Shown here: positions 27,945 through 43,055 of the stretch, in pieces
How positions within the stretch are numbered: the first letter of the stretch is position 1
Layout: every line of letters starts with the position of its first letter
Origin: Candidatus Aminicenantes bacterium
GTDB taxonomy: Bacteria; Acidobacteriota; Aminicenantia; Aminicenantales; UBA4085
Direction: 5' to 3'
NCBI GenBank assembly: GCA_026393905.1
Contig: JAPKZH010000290.1
Span: 1-43,055 of the forward strand
Length of the DNA: 43,055 nt
The notes under the pieces: model-generated
Told to the model about the DNA's origin: nothing
What the model saw: only the letters and a program-made list of their open reading frames with translations
The model's database searches: none
Made by a program: the position numbers and the translations under genes

Positions 27945-30047
27945 CTAGAGCCTGTTGCTGTAAGACACCCGTCCTTCGATCCTGGCCACGATTTCCTCCA
28001 TGACTTGAAGGGGGGTTGTCTCATACTCCAAAAATTCCATCGAGAAAACGCCTCTCCCCTGAGTCACGGTCCGCAGGATCGTGACGTATCCAAACATCTC
28101 GGCGAGGGGCACCAGGGCGTTGATCACGCGCGAGCCGCCCCGCATCTCCATCCCCTCGATCTTGCCCCGGCGGGCGTTCAGGTCGCCGACGATATCACCG
28201 AGATAATCGTCCGGCGAGATGACCTCGAGCTTCATGATCGGCTCGAGCAGGACGGGGACGGCTCGGCTCGCCGCATCCTTGAAGGCCATGGAGCCGGCGA
28301 TCTTAAAAGCGATCGGGGTCGAATCGACCTCATGATAGGAGCCGTCCGTCAGGGTCGCCCTGACATCGGTCATCGGAAACCCGGCCAGGACTCCGGCTTC
28401 CAGCGACTCCCGCACCCCGTCATGGATGGCGGAGATGAATTCCTTGGGAAGAATACCGTGCTTGATTTTTTCAACAAACAGGAAGCCTTCGCCTCTTTTG
28501 AGCGGCTCGATCGAGATCTTGGAGTGCCCGTACTGGCCGCGCCCGCCGGTCTGGCGGATGTATTTCGCCTCGCCCTCGGCGGCCTTGAGGATGGTCTCTT
28601 TATAGGCCACCTGGGGCTTGCCAAGATTGGCCTGGACCCCGAATTCCCTGGCCATCCGGTCCATCAGGATCTCAAAGTGCAGCTCGCCCATCCCATAGAC
28701 GAGGGTCTGCCCGGTCATGGGATCCCGAAGGACCTTGATCGTCGGATCTTCATTGGACAGCTTGGCCAGGGCGTTGGCCAGCTTTGCATGCTCCACCTTG
28801 GACTTGGGCTCGATGATCACGGAAAGCACGGGTTCCGGGAACCGGATCGATTCCAGGACGATCGGCCTATTTTTCGCGCACAGCGTGTCGCCCGTGGATA
28901 GATTTTTCATCGAACCCATTGACATGATGTCGCCGGCAAATATTTCCTTGACTTCTTTCCTCTTATTAGCGTGCATCTCGAGAAGCCGGGAGACGCGCTC
29001 TTCTTCATCCTTCACCGAATTGTAAAAAACCGAGCCGATCCTGGCTTTTCCCGAGTACACCCGGAAAAAGGCCAGCGTTCCCACATAGGGATCGTTCTGG
29101 AGCTTGAAGACAAGCGCCGCGAACGGCTCCTCGTCCGAAGCTTTCCGGATTTCGACCTGGTTCGTCCGGGGATGGTGACCCACGACGGGCAGAATGTCGA
29201 CCGGCGAGGGGAGGTAATCGGGAATTGCATCGAGCAGGGGATGGACCCCTTTGTTCCGGAAGGAAGCCCCGTAGAGAACGGGAACGAGCTTGCCGGAAAT
29301 CGTGGCTTTCCGGATCGCCCGCTTGATCTCCGCGGGGGGAGCATCTTTTCCCTCCAGGTACAGTTCCATGATGTGCTCATCCGTATCGCTCAGGAGCTCC
29401 AGCATTTCCAGCCGCGCCTTGCGGACTTCGGCCTGACGTTCTTCGGGGATCGGCTTCACCTCGAAGTCGGACCCGACGAGTTCCGTGCCCCAGTCATATT
29501 CTTTCATGTCCACCAAGTCGATCACGCCTCGGAAACTATCCTCTCTACCCGAGGGAATCTGGATGGCTAAAGGCTGGGCTGCGAGCCTCGTCCTGATCTG
29601 GTTGAGGGCCCGCTCCGGGTCCACTCCGACGCGGTCCATCTTGTTGATGAACACGATTCTGGGGACTCGGTACTTATCCGCCTGCCGCCAGACTGTCTCG
29701 GATTGAGGCTCGACTCCACCGACTCCGCACAGGAGTATCACCGCCCCGTCCAGGATTCTCAGCGACCGTTCAACTTCGGCCGTAAAATCCACATGCCCGG
29801 GCGTGTCGATGATATTGATTCGATGGTCGTTCCAGTAACAGGTGGTGGCGGCTGAAGTGATCGTTATACCACGTTCCTGCTCTTGAGCCATCCAATCCAT
29901 CACGGCCGTACCCTCGTCCACTTCGCCCATTTTGTAGGTGATACCCGTGTAATAGAGGATACGCTCCGTGGTTGTAGTCTTCCCCGCATCGATATGGGCC
30001 ATAATGCCGATATTCCTCACATTTTCGATCGGGTATGGTCGTGTCAA
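27945..30047 (-). CDS. fusA: elongation factor G
   Basis: 700 aa containing [20 protein letters not shown]. Confidence 0.98.
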   Translation of the reverse strand: MTRPYPIENVRNIGIMAHIDAGKTTTTERILYYTGITYKMGEVDEGTAVMDWMAQEQERGITITSAATTCYWNDHRINIIDTPGHVDFTAEVERSLRILDGAVILLCGVGGVEPQSETVWRQADKYRVPRIVFINKMDRVGVDPERALNQIRTRLAAQPLAIQIPSGREDSFRGVIDLVDMKEYDWGTELVGSDFEVKPIPEERQAEVRKARLEMLELLSDTDEHIMELYLEGKDAPPAEIKRAIRKATISGKLVPVLYGASFRNKGVHPLLDAIPDYLPSPVDILPVVGHHPRTNQVEIRKASDEEPFAALVFKLQNDPYVGTLAFFRVYSGKARIGSVFYNSVKDEEERVSRLLEMHANKRKEVKEIFAGDIMSMGSMKNLSTGDTLCAKNRPIVLESIRFPEPVLSVIIEPKSKVEHAKLANALAKLSNEDPTIKVLRDPMTGQTLVYGMGELHFEILMDRMAREFGVQANLGKPQVAYKETILKAAEGEAKYIRQTGGRGQYGHSKISIEPLKRGEGFLFVEKIKHGILPKEFISAIHDGVRESLEAGVLAGFPMTDVRATLTDGSYHEVDSTPIAFKIAGSMAFKDAASRAVPVLLEPIMKLEVISPDDYLGDIVGDLNARRGKIEGMEMRGGSRVINALVPLAEMFGYVTILRTVTQGRGVFSMEFLEYETTPLQVMEEIVARIEGRVSYSNRL

Positions 30048-30098
30048 ACCTGAGCTCCATTTGAATTCTTATTGGTCCTTCTCCGATCCTTAGGGAGA

Positions 30099-30569
30099 CT
30101 ACCATCGATAATGGGCAAAAGCCCGGTTGGCTTCTGCCATTTTATGGGTATCTTCTCGTTTCTTGACGGCGCCGCCCTTGTTGCCGACGGCGTCGAGAAC
30201 TTCCGCAGACAATCGCTCGATCATGCTCTTCCCGCCGCGTTCCTGGGCATAATGGATCAGCCAGCGAACGCCCACCGAGATGGAGCGGTTGGTCTCAACC
30301 TCGATGGGAACCTGATAGGTCGCGCCGCCGACGCGCCGGGACTTGGTTTCGACCTGGGGCCGGACATTCTCCACCGCTTTTTCGAAGACCTTCAAGGGGT
30401 CTTCCTTGGCCTTCTTCTTCACGATTTCCATCGTCTCGTAGATGACCCGCTCGGCAATGCCCCGTTTCCCCCGCTTCATATAGGTATTGATGAATTTGGT
30501 GATCAGGGTGCTGTTGTACTTCTGGTCGCCCTGAAGTTTCTTTTTCTTGACAATCCCGCGTCTTGGCAT
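30099..30569 (-). CDS. rpsG: 30S ribosomal protein S7
   Basis: 156 aa: MPRRGIVKKKKLQGDQKYNS. Confidence 0.97.
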   Translation of the reverse strand: MPRRGIVKKKKLQGDQKYNSTLITKFINTYMKRGKRGIAERVIYETMEIVKKKAKEDPLKVFEKAVENVRPQVETKSRRVGGATYQVPIEVETNRSISVGVRWLIHYAQERGGKSMIERLSAEVLDAVGNKGGAVKKREDTHKMAEANRAFAHYRW

Positions 30570-30580
30570 CGATAACTCCC

Positions 30581-30970
30581 TTATGAAGCGACTCTCTTCT
30601 CCTTGGGCTTCTTGGCCCCGTATTTGGAGCGGCTCTGGAAACGATTGGCCACGCCTTCGCTGTCGAGCGTGCCGCGAATGATGTGGTAGCGGACACCCGG
30701 AAGGTCCTTGACTCGGCCTCCGCGGACGAGCACGATCGAGTGCTCCTGCAAGTTATGTCCGACTCCCGGGATGTACCCCGTGACTTCGACGTTGTTCGTC
30801 AAACGGACTCTGGCCACTTTTCGCAGAGCAGAGTTAGGTTTTTTTGGCGTCGTCGTGAAAACTCGCGTGCAGACGCCTCTCTTCTGAGGGCAGGCATCCA
30901 GAGCCGGCGACTTGCTCTTGTACCTTTTAAACGACCTGCCTTTCCGTATGAGCTGATTGACTGTTGGCAA
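30581..30970 (-). CDS. rpsL: 30S ribosomal protein S12
   Basis: 129 aa: [12 protein letters not shown]...[16 protein letters not shown]. Confidence 0.98.
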   Translation of the reverse strand: MPTVNQLIRKGRSFKRYKSKSPALDACPQKRGVCTRVFTTTPKKPNSALRKVARVRLTNNVEVTGYIPGVGHNLQEHSIVLVRGGRVKDLPGVRYHIIRGTLDSEGVANRFQSRSKYGAKKPKEKRVAS

Positions 30971-31045
30971 TAAACCTACTCCTTTAACACAAGTTTCTTG
31001 TTATACTCACTCCGAACAGACGGTACTCTCGGCGCGAATGTTCGG

Positions 31046-31074
31046 ATCATAGCAAAATCATCCTTCTATGTCAA
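31046..31074 (-). promoter_or_regulatory. near-consensus sigma-70 promoter for the str operon (rpsL-rpsG-fusA-tufA)
   Basis: On the minus strand, TTGACA (31074-31069), a 17-nt spacer, then TATGAT (31051-31046). The predicted 5' end forms a 7-bp hairpin, CCGAACA/TGTTCGG (31045-31012). Confidence 0.6.
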
Positions 31075-31100
31075 GAAATATACGGCATTTAGCGTAAAAA

Positions 31101-33365
31101 TCAGCTCTGAAGAGGCCTGTCTTCGGCCGGCTTTCCCGCTTCCACCTGTTTTTCTTCCTTGAGCTCCACGTCCCGGTAGAACTTGTACCCTGTCCCCGCC
31201 GGGATCAGGCGTCCCATAATGATATTTTCCTTCAAGCTCCGCAGGTGGTCGACCTTCCCGCAAATACTGGCCTCGGTCAGCACCCGAGTCGTCTCCTGGA
31301 AGGAGGCGGCCGAAATAAAGCTGTCCGTGCTCAGGGCGCTCTTGGTGATTCCCAGGAGGAGCGGCCTAGCCTTGGCCGGCTTGCCGTTTTTCCTTGTCAC
31401 CTTGATATTTTCTTCCTGGAAGACGAACTTGTCCACCTGTTCGTCGACGAGGAACTCCGTGTCTCCGACCTCTTCCACTTTGACCCAGCGCAGCATCTGC
31501 CGGACGATCGTTTCGATATGCTTATCGTTGATGGAAACACCCTGGAGCCTGTAAACTTCCTGAACCTCTCTCAAGAGGTACTCGGCCAGCTCCTTTTCCC
31601 CGAGAACCTTGAGGATGTCATGGGGATTCACCGGACCGTCCATCAGGGGGGTGCCGGCGTGGACACGCTCACCCTCGCCGACGCTGATATGGGCGCCCTT
31701 GGGAATCATGTACTCTTTTTCACCACCCCTGTCGCTGCGGACCGTCAATTTCCGGTATCCGCGGACCAGGCCTCCGAACAGGATCCCGCCGTCGATTTCC
31801 GAGATAACGGCCGGCGTCTTGGGACGGCGGGCTTCAAACAGCTCCTCCGCCCGGGGCAATCCGCCCGTGATGTCCTTGGTTCGGGCGACTTCCCGCGGGA
31901 TCTTGGCCAGGATATCCCCGGCCGAGACCGCATCGCCCTCCTTGACCCCCAGGTTGGCCCCTGAGGGGAGGAAGTACTTTTTCAGGATGATCGGTTTGTT
32001 GTTCTTGTCCTTCTTGTTGGCGTCCATGATGTCGATCCGCGGCTGGAGTTTCTCATCCTTGGGCTCGATGATGACCTGGCTGATCAGCCCGGTGAACTCG
32101 TCCTGGACCTCCTCCATGGTGATCTTGCGGACGACGTCATGGAAGTGCACCCGTCCCGGCTCTTCGGTCAGGATGAACGTATTGAAGGGGTCCCACTCTG
32201 CGAATTCCTGGCGGGCTTTCACATCCTCCCCGTCCTTGAGCATGAGCTTGGCGCCGTAAGGTACCTGATAGTGCTCGATCTCGCGCCCGCGATAATCGAT
32301 GATGACGATATTGGCATTCCGGTTGACGACGATCAGGGATTTCTCTTTGTTGACGACCGCCTTCAGGTTGTTGAAGCGGATGAGCCCGTCGTTCTTGGCC
32401 TCCAGCTTCGATCTCTCCGCGCCCCTCATGGCGATGCCGCCAATGTGGAACGTTCTCATGGTCAACTGAGTGCCGGGCTCGCCGATGGATTGAGCGGCGA
32501 TAATCCCCACCGCCTCACCGAGCTCGACCAGGAAGCCGCTGGCCATGTTGCGGCCGTAGCAGAGCTGGCAGACGCCCCGCTTCGATTCGCAGGTCAGGAC
32601 CGACCGGATCTTGACTTTTTCGATGCCGAGGTTCTGCAGTTCCCGGGCTACCTCCCCCGTGATCTCCTCGTTCATATCGACAACGACCTTGCCCGTGTCC
32701 GGGTGGACGATCCGCTCCAGGGAAGTGCGGCCGACGACGCGGTCGATGAAGGGCTCGACGATTTCGCCGTTCTCGACGATGGCCGTGACGTTGATCCCTT
32801 TGAGCGTCCCGCAGTCATGTTCCTCGACGATCACTTCCTGGGCCACATCGACAAGCTTCCGCGTCAGATAGCCGGAATTGGCCGTCTTCAAAGCCGTGTC
32901 GGCCAATCCTTTTCGGGCGCCGTGGGTCGAGATGAAGTATTGAGCCACGTTCAGCCCTTCTCTCAGGTTGGAGACGATCGGCATCTCGATGATCTCGCCA
33001 GAGGGCTTGGCCATGAGGCCACGCATCCCGGCCAGCTGGCGGATCTGCTGCTTGTTGCCCCTGGATCCGGAATCGGCCATGACGAACAGCGAGTTGAGGG
33101 CAGGCCCTTCGAAGCTGATCTTCTTCATCTCCTCGATCATGGCCACGGAGATCTTGTCCGTCACCGCGCCCCAGATCTCGACGACCCGGTTGAACCGCTC
33201 GCCGGCGGATATCGTTCCGTCGAGATAGAGCTTTTCGATGTCCTGGACCTCTTTCTGGGCCTTATCGACCAAGCCCTTCTTTTCTTTAGGGATGACAAAG
33301 TCATCGATGCCCAGGGAAAAGCCCGCCTGAGTCGCCTGGTTGAACCCGAGCTCTTTCAGCTTGTC
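31101..33365 (-). CDS. rpoC: RNA polymerase subunit beta', C-terminal part, which continues in the -1 frame relative to the N-terminal part
   Basis: The track ORF runs 31101..33272 (723 aa). The same frame stays open upstream and encodes the conserved [37 protein letters not shown] from about 33365. Confidence 0.9.
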   Translation of the reverse strand, partial: DKLKELGFNQATQAGFSLGIDDFVIPKEKKGLVDKAQKEVQDIEKLYLDGTISAGERFNRVVEIWGAVTDKISVAMIEEMKKISFEGPALNSLFVMADSGSRGNKQQIRQLAGMRGLMAKPSGEIIEMPIVSNLREGLNVAQYFISTHGARKGLADTALKTANSGYLTRKLVDVAQEVIVEEHDCGTLKGINVTAIVENGEIVEPFIDRVVGRTSLERIVHPDTGKVVVDMNEEITGEVARELQNLGIEKVKIRSVLTCESKRGVCQLCYGRNMASGFLVELGEAVGIIAAQSIGEPGTQLTMRTFHIGGIAMRGAERSKLEAKNDGLIRFNNLKAVVNKEKSLIVVNRNANIVIIDYRGREIEHYQVPYGAKLMLKDGEDVKARQEFAEWDPFNTFILTEEPGRVHFHDVVRKITMEEVQDEFTGLISQVIIEPKDEKLQPRIDIMDANKKDKNNKPIILKKYFLPSGANLGVKEGDAVSAGDILAKIPREVARTKDITGGLPRAEELFEARRPKTPAVISEIDGGILFGGLVRGYRKLTVRSDRGGEKEYMIPKGAHISVGEGERVHAGTPLMDGPVNPHDILKVLGEKELAEYLLREVQEVYRLQGVSINDKHIETIVRQMLRWVKVEEVGDTEFLVDEQVDKFVFQEENIKVTRKNGKPAKARPLLLGITKSALSTDSFISAASFQETTRVLTEASICGKVDHLRSLKENIIMGRLIPAGTGYKFYRDVELKEEKQVEAGKPAEDRPLQS

Positions 33366-35247
33366 AGGGTTTCGACGGTGGGGGCCAAGCCGGACTTGAG
33401 GTAGATGAAGAAAACGAGGTTTTCCAAGCCCTTCTTCTTGAAGGTGCCGTTGATGAACGGCATGCCTTTGGGCAGGGCATTGTTAAAGATGATCCGTCCC
33501 GGGGTCGTCTCGATCAGCTCGCGATTGACATTCACAACGGGACAGCTGATCACGGCCTGGTCATCATAATAGATTGAAAGGTTCATAAACGGACCCTCAT
33601 AGCGCATCTTGACCAACGCCTGAAGGTCGATCTTCTTGTTCTCCAGGGCCAGGAGCACCTCGTCGGGAGAGATAAAAATGCGGCCCTCGCCCTTGAGCTT
33701 TTTCTTGGCCAACGTACAGTAATAGCAGCCCAAGACCATGTCCTGGCTGGGAATGGTCAGAGGCCTGCCGTGGGCAGGAGAAAGGATGTTATTCGTCGAG
33801 AGCATCAGCGTCGAGGCTTCGATCTGGGCTTCGACGGACAGAGGGATATGGACGGCCATCTGGTCGCCGTCGAAATCGGCGTTAAAGGCCGCGCAGACAA
33901 GCGGATGGATCTGGATGGCCTTGCCTTCGATGAGCAAGGGCTCGAAGGCCTGGATGCCGAGGCGGTGAAGCGTGGGGGCGCGGTTGAGAAGGATGGGGTG
34001 CTCTTTGACCACCTCTTCCAGGTAATCCCAGACCTCGGGCCGCTCTTGTTCATGCCATTCCCGGGCCACCTTGACGCTGGGCACAAGCCCTTCCTTTTCC
34101 AGCTTCTGGAAAATAAAAGGCTTGAAGAGCTCCAGGGCCATTTTTTTGGGCAGGCCGCACTGGTTAAGCTTGAGCTCGGGCCCGACGACGATGACCGAAC
34201 GGCCGGAATAGTCTACGCGCTTGCCGAGCAGGTTCTGCCTGAACCGGCCCTGTTTTCCTCTCAGGGCTTCGCTTAGGGATTTGAGCGGCCGCCGGTTCGC
34301 TCCGAGATGAACCCGCCCTCTTTTCCCGTTATCAAAAAGGGCGTCTACGGCTTCCTGGAGCATCCTTTTTTCGTTGCGGATGATGAGCTCCGGCGCCCGT
34401 AGCTCGATCAGCTTCTTGAGGCGGTTGTTCCGGTTGATGACACGGCGGTAGAGGTCGTTCAGGTCGGATGTGGCAAAACGTCCGCCGTCCAACCGCACCA
34501 GCGGCCTCAGGTCCGGAGGGATAACGGGAACGACATCCAAAATCATCCAATCCGGACGATTTCCCGACTTGTTGAGGGCCTTGAAGACGCGCAGCCGCTT
34601 GGCATAGCGCAGCTTTCTCTGCTGGGAGGTCTCCTTCTTCATCAATTTTCGAAGACGGTCGGCCTCCTTCTTGATATTGATCCTCAACAGAAGAAACTTG
34701 ATGGCCTCGGCGCCGATCGAGGCTTCGAACTTGTCGCCGTATTTTTCGCGGGCTTCCTTGTACTCTTCCTCATTGAGGAGCTGTTTCTCCTTGAGCGGGG
34801 TTTCGCCGGCATTGGTGACGATATAGGACTCAAAATAGAGGACTTTTTCCAAGTCTTTGATGGACAGGTCCAAGACCAGTCCGATCCGGCTGGGCGGGCT
34901 CTTGAAGAACCAGATGTGGGCCACCGGCGAGGCCAGCTGGATATGCCCCATCCGTTCCCGCCGGACCTTGGACTTGGTCACTTCGACACCGCAGCGTTCG
35001 CAGATAATGCCCCGGTATTTCATCCGCTTGTATTTGCCACAGAGGCATTCGAAATCGTTGATCGGGCCGAAAATCTTGGCGCAGAAAAGGCCGTCTTTTT
35101 CCGGCTTGAAGGTCCTGTAGTTGATCGTCTCGGGCTTGGTCACCTCTCCCCAGGACCAGCTCTTGATTTTCTCCGGGGAAGCGATGCTGATCCGAACCCG
35201 GTCAAATTCCAATTTCGGTTTTCCGCCCAGGGGTTGCCTGATTTCCA

Positions 35248-35248
<1 letters not shown>
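33356..35248 (-). CDS. rpoC: RNA polymerase subunit beta', N-terminal part (630 codons, ends at a TGA created by the frame change)
   Basis: It has the N-terminal Zn motif [23 protein letters not shown] and the catalytic NADFDGD. It ends ...[11 protein letters not shown]. Its start overlaps the rpoB stop (TAATG). Confidence 0.9.
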
Positions 35249-39531
<4,283 letters not shown>

Positions 39532-39654
39532 GGACGCTCTCTAAAACGTAAATAGGCTCGGCCTGCCGAATTCCCGAATTCGGAATGCCCGCCCCAAAAA
39601 ATCTTTTGGCAAGAGACCTCAGTCGAAACAATGAGGGATGCACCTCTCCGAACG

Positions 39655-40044
39655 TTACTGCAATTCGACCTGAGCCCCGACTTCCTCGAATTTCTTCTTC
39701 AGCGCCTCCGCCTCATCCTTGGCCATCCCTTCTTTAACCGGCTTGGGGGCGCCGTCGACCAGGTCTTTGGCTTCTTTCAAGCCAAGGCTGGTGATTTCTC
39801 TGACGATCTTGATGACGTTGATCTTCTTGTCTCCGGCACTCTTCAAGACCAGGGTGAATTCGGATTTGGCTTCTTCAGCCTTGGCCTCGGCTTGGGGAGC
39901 GGCTCCGCCGGCCGCGGCCATGGGGAAGGCCGCAGCGGCGCTAATTCCATACCGCGTCTCGAACTCCTTGATGTAGTCCGCCAGCTCCAAAACCGTCAAT
40001 TGGTCCAGGTGATTGAAGAATTCTTCTTTGGTTAGTTTTGACAT
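39655..40044 (-). CDS. rplL: 50S ribosomal protein L7/L12
   Basis: I chose the ATG at 40044 ([21 protein letters not shown]), preceded by a GGAAAGGAG SD. The track's start at 40080 adds 12 residues unlike L12. Confidence 0.95.
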   Translation of the reverse strand: MSKLTKEEFFNHLDQLTVLELADYIKEFETRYGISAAAAFPMAAAGGAAPQAEAKAEEAKSEFTLVLKSAGDKKINVIKIVREITSLGLKEAKDLVDGAPKPVKEGMAKDEAEALKKKFEEVGAQVELQ

Positions 40045-40088
40045 GTTGTTTGACTCCTTTCCTGTCTCGGTTGTGACCATTTTATTGG

Positions 40089-40601
40089 CTATTTTTTATT
40101 TTTTAATTGGCTCAACAGGCTGCCGACGTTGGTCAAAGGGGCCTGCCAAGTCCTTAAAAGCTGCATGAGCGGGTAGGCCATCAGGTAGCCGACCTTGCCC
40201 AAAAGTTGTTGGCGGGAGGCCAGCTTGACGATCTCCTCGAACCTCGCGGCGGGAAAATAATGGCCCTCGACCAGACCTCCCTTCATGATCAGCACCTTGT
40301 TCTGGGCGGCAAAATCCTTGAGAAGCCGGGCCAGGGCGATCGGGTCGGCCGCGGTGTAGGCGACGGCGGTGGGATTGCGGAACGAGGACTTGAACTCGGC
40401 CGGGAATTCGGCCCGGAGCGCTCGCAGGGCAAGCCGGTTCTTGACGATTTTCAGGGAGGAACCGTTCTTCCGCAGCGTCTTCCGCAGGTCGACCGACTGG
40501 GCCACGGTCATGTTCTTGTAATCGAACACGTAGAAGGTATGGTTCGCCTTGAAAATTTCGGACACCTCGTGGATGCGTGTTTCTTTGGTTTCCCGTTTCA
40601 C
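40089..40601 (-). CDS. rplJ: 50S ribosomal protein L10
   Basis: 170 aa with a GTG start. It lies between rplA and rplL and has an L10-like sequence ([20 protein letters not shown]). Confidence 0.95.
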   Translation of the reverse strand: MKRETKETRIHEVSEIFKANHTFYVFDYKNMTVAQSVDLRKTLRKNGSSLKIVKNRLALRALRAEFPAEFKSSFRNPTAVAYTAADPIALARLLKDFAAQNKVLIMKGGLVEGHYFPAARFEEIVKLASRQQLLGKVGYLMAYPLMQLLRTWQAPLTNVGSLLSQLKNKK

Positions 40602-40612
40602 GTGCCTGTCTC

Positions 40613-41305
40613 CTATTTCTCCAACACTTCTTCGGTGATCTTGAAAGAAGGTCCCATCGTCGAACCCAAGAACATGCTCCGGATGAACTTCCCTTTCGCG
40701 GCCGACGGCCGGGCGTGCTGGACGGCCGCCAGAAAGGTCTTCACGTTCTCGGCGAGCTTGTTCTCGGAAAACGAGACCTTGCCCACCGTGGAATGGATGA
40801 TGCTGGTCTTGTCGATGCGGAATTCCACCTTGCCGGCCTTGGTTTCTTCGACGGCCTTTTTAATGTCGAAGGTCACCGTTCCGGATTTCGGGTTGGGCAT
40901 GAGGCCCTTGGTCCCGAGAATCCGGCCCAGCTTGCCCACGCCGCGCATGATGTCGGGCGTGGCGATGACGACATCGAAATCGATCCAGCCGCCGGCGATC
41001 TTCTCGACCAGCTCGTCGCCGCCGGCGTAGTCGGCGCCGGCGTCCTCGGCTTCCTTGATCTTCTCGCCGGAGGCCAGGACACAGATCTTCTTGGTCTTGC
41101 CGGTGCCGTGGGGCAGGACGATCGTGCCGCGGACCATCTGGTCCGACTGCTTGGGGTTGACGCCCAGACGCATGGCGATTTCGACGGACTCATCGAACTT
41201 GGCGAATTTGGCTTTTTTGATCAAGCTGACCGCCTCTTCGATGGTGTACTCCGTCTTCGTTTTTAGTTCCCTCGCCTTGAGATATTTCTTTCCTCGATTA
41301 GCCAC
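40613..41305 (-). CDS. rplA: 50S ribosomal protein L1
   Basis: I chose the GTG at 41305, giving (M)[12 protein letters not shown] and 230 aa. It overlaps the rplK end by 8 nt. The track ORF start at 41377 lies inside rplK. Confidence 0.93.
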   Translation of the reverse strand: MANRGKKYLKARELKTKTEYTIEEAVSLIKKAKFAKFDESVEIAMRLGVNPKQSDQMVRGTIVLPHGTGKTKKICVLASGEKIKEAEDAGADYAGGDELVEKIAGGWIDFDVVIATPDIMRGVGKLGRILGTKGLMPNPKSGTVTFDIKKAVEETKAGKVEFRIDKTSIIHSTVGKVSFSENKLAENVKTFLAAVQHARPSAAKGKFIRSMFLGSTMGPSFKITEEVLEK

Positions 41306-41729
41306 TGATGATCTCCAATCCCATGTTTTTGGCCGTTCCTTCGATGATTCTTTTGGCCGCTTCCAGGTCGTTGGCATTCAGGTCCGGAAGCTTGAATCGG
41401 GCGATGTCTTCGATTTGCTTCTGGGTCACCTTGCCGACCTTTTCTTTGTTCGGCGCCCCCGATCCCTTGGCAATGCCCGCGGCCTTCTTCAGCAGGTAGG
41501 AGGCCGGCGGCGTTTTCAAGACGAAATTGAACGTCTTGTCCTTGAAGACCGTGATGACGACGGGGATGACCATCCCCTCCTCCATCTTGTTCGTTTTCTC
41601 GTTGAACTGGCGGACAAAGTCCATGATGTTCACGCTGTGCTGGCCCAAGGCCGGGCCCACGGGCGGGGCCGGGCTGGCCTGGCCGGCGACAATTTGGAGC
41701 TTGATCCTGGCCACAACTTCTTTGGACAT
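41298..41729 (-). CDS. rplK: 50S ribosomal protein L11
   Basis: 143 aa containing [23 protein letters not shown]. Confidence 0.97.
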   Translation of the reverse strand: MSKEVVARIKLQIVAGQASPAPPVGPALGQHSVNIMDFVRQFNEKTNKMEEGMVIPVVITVFKDKTFNFVLKTPPASYLLKKAAGIAKGSGAPNKEKVGKVTQKQIEDIARFKLPDLNANDLEAAKRIIEGTAKNMGLEIISG

Positions 41730-41738
41730 AAGTTCCTC

Positions 41739-42269
41739 CTAGATTTTCTCGACCTGTAAGAACTCCAGCTCGACGGGGGTGGACCGGCCGAAGATCATCA
41801 CCAGCACCTTGAGCGTGTTCCGCTCGTGGTTGACATCCTCGACGATGCCGTTGAAATTGAAGAACGGCCCGTCGATGATGCGGACGGCTTCGCCCTTTTC
41901 GAAGGAATGCTTGGGCTTGGGCTTTTCCGAGGTCGTCTCCATGTGCTCGACGATCTGGCCGACATCCTCCTTGCTCAACGCCGACGGCTTTTTGCCCGAG
42001 CCGACGAAGCCCGTGACCTTCGGCGTTTCCCGGATGATGAGCCAGTTCTCATCGGTCATTTCCATTTCGATGAGGATATATCCGGGATACGACCGCTTGG
42101 TCGAGACGACCTTCTTGCCGGACTTGATCTCGATGACGTCTTCCGTGGGGATGATGATCTGGCCGATCTGGTCCTGGATGTTCATTTCGAGAGCCCGCTG
42201 CCGGATAGACTCGGCCACGAACTTCTCAAACCCTGAGTACGTGTGAACGACATACCAATTTTTTGCCAT
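41739..42269 (-). CDS. nusG: transcription termination/antitermination factor NusG
   Basis: 176 aa. It starts [18 protein letters not shown] (NGN domain) and has a C-terminal KOW. Confidence 0.97.
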   Translation of the reverse strand: MAKNWYVVHTYSGFEKFVAESIRQRALEMNIQDQIGQIIIPTEDVIEIKSGKKVVSTKRSYPGYILIEMEMTDENWLIIRETPKVTGFVGSGKKPSALSKEDVGQIVEHMETTSEKPKPKHSFEKGEAVRIIDGPFFNFNGIVEDVNHERNTLKVLVMIFGRSTPVELEFLQVEKI

Positions 42270-42278
42270 GGTTATTGT

Positions 42279-42491
42279 TTATCCAAAAAAATCTTTGATT
42301 TTCGTGATCGCCCAAGAAAACGCCACGTCCATAAAGAACAAGTAAAAGCCGAAGAAGATCACGGCGATGATGACGACCAGGGTGGTGCTGTAGACCTCGC
42401 TCCGGGAAGGCCAGGTGACTTTCTTCAGTTCCGCCCTGGCCTCTTTGATAAACGGCCAAAAACGCTTGTACCATCTCTCTTTTCCGCTCAT
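42279..42491 (-). CDS. secE: preprotein translocase subunit SecE
   Basis: 70 aa with one TM helix. It contains FIKEARAELKKVTWPSRSEV and lies upstream of nusG. Confidence 0.93.
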   Translation of the reverse strand: MSGKERWYKRFWPFIKEARAELKKVTWPSRSEVYSTTLVVIIAVIFFGFYLFFMDVAFSWAITKIKDFFG

Positions 42492-42553
42492 GGTTAAACC
42501 CTATCCTTGCCTGAGATTATTTCTTGGAAACAATCCTTTATCGTAGGGGCGTT

Positions 42554-42630
<77 letters not shown>

Positions 42631-42660
42631 GACTCACATTTATCCCTTTTTCAAAATCTC

Positions 42661-42810
42661 CTATTTCACTTCCTTGTGAAGCGTGTGTTTCCGGCAGAAC
42701 GGGCAGAATTTCTTGATCTCCAGCCTCTCGGTCTGCTTTTTTTTGTTACGCGTGTTCGAGTAATTGCGTCGCTTGCACACCGAACAACTCAAGGTGATGA
42801 TTTCTCTCAT
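42661..42810 (-). CDS. rpmG: 50S ribosomal protein L33 (Cys4 type)
   Basis: This ORF is under 60 aa and so is absent from the ORF track. My translation is [49 protein letters not shown] (49 aa). Confidence 0.93.
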   Translation of the reverse strand: MREIITLSCSVCKRRNYSNTRNKKKQTERLEIKKFCPFCRKHTLHKEVK

Positions 42811-42828
42811 GCTTATTACTCATCTCAT

Positions 42829-42908
42829 GTCATCGCGAGGCATGTAGTGCCGTGGCGACCCCCTCTTCTCATCCGAGGGGATTGCCGCGCCAAGAGGCTC
42901 GCCATGAT
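42829..42908 (-). promoter_or_regulatory. structured element immediately 3' of tufB and 5' of rpmG (copy B)
   Basis: The outer helix is 42898-42907/42830-42839 (9 of 10 positions paired). The inner hairpin is CCCCTC/GAGGGG at 42860-42880, with a 9-nt loop. It shares the conserved blocks GTCATCGCGAGGC, GCCGTGGCGACCCC and GCCGCGCC with copy A. Confidence 0.45.
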
Positions 42909-42914
42909 ACCATT

Positions 42915-43055
42915 CTCTCCTTACTCGATGACTTCCGTGACCGACCCGGCTCCCACCGTCCGCCCGCCTTCCCGTATGGCAAACCGCAGCCCTTTCTCCA
43001 TGGCCACGTCCGTGATCAGCTCGATCTCCAGGTTCACGTTGTCCCCGGGCATCAC
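42915..43055. repeat. 141-nt stretch identical to 26681-26821
   Basis: See the partner repeat at 26681-26821. Confidence 0.95.
42921..43055 (-). CDS. tuf: elongation factor Tu (copy B), last 44 codons plus stop; the rest lies outside the window
   Basis: Identical in nucleotide sequence to the tufA 3' end. It sits in the classic tuf-rpmG-tRNA-Trp-secE-nusG context. Confidence 0.93.
   Translation of the reverse strand: MMPGDNVNLEIELITDVAMEKGLRFAIREGGRTVGAGSVTEVIE

Noticed and set aside
33356-33358. TGA read as a sense codon (alternative genetic code) to bridge the rpoC ORFs.
   Set aside because: Reading through the TGA in the zero frame gives [26 protein letters not shown], which is unrelated to beta'. 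Only the -1 frame restores the conserved sequence. TGA also terminates other well-defined genes here, such as rplD.
40613-41377. Longer versions of several track ORFs: rplA from 41377 (254 aa), rplL from 40080, rplB from 24686, rplW from 25020, and the transglycosylase from 7872.
   Set aside because: The extra N-terminal residues overlap the preceding gene or are unlike the family N-terminus. Internal ATG or GTG starts give canonical N-termini with an SD or stop-start coupling.

Overview
This is a GC-rich bacterial chromosomal window (GC judged by eye, not computed). About 31.6 kb, from 43055 down to 11465 on the minus strand, is one co-directional block of core transcription and translation genes. 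The order is tufB (3' end only), rpmG, tRNA-Trp, secE, nusG, rplK, rplA, rplJ, rplL, rpoB, rpoC, rpsL, rpsG, fusA, tufA, then the complete S10/spc/alpha operons from rpsJ to rplQ, including secY, adk, map, infA and rpmJ. The left 11 kb carries housekeeping and envelope genes: metG (5'-truncated), tsaC, a secreted beta-barrel protein, a GT2 glycosyltransferase coupled to a LEA_2-like secreted protein, cca, galE, an MltD-like lytic transglycosylase, and a stand-alone TrpB2-type tryptophan synthase beta homologue. I found no CRISPR array, IS element, integrase, toxin-antitoxin pair or defence-type gene. I cannot support a new multi-gene system from this sequence. Seven observations deserve a second look. 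(1) A ~220-nt multi-helix GC-rich element lies in the 4171-5013/cca spacer and is a candidate structured ncRNA. (2) A ~60-aa double Cys4 (zinc-ribbon-like) insertion sits in the N-terminal part of RpoB. (3) rpoC is broken into two frames by a single-base frame change inside perfectly conserved coding sequence. (4) An in-frame TAA occupies codon 3 of the ancestral rplC start, leaving a 2-codon mini-ORF behind the Shine-Dalgarno (SD) sequence. (5) An ~83-nt structured element follows both tuf stop codons, with helix-preserving sequence differences between the two copies. (6) An exact sigma-54 -24/-12 promoter match lies in front of the beta-barrel gene. (7) About 290 nt upstream of the trpB2 promoter are unassigned and rich in hairpins. 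Items 3 and 4 may simply be assembly or sequencing errors and should be checked against reads first.
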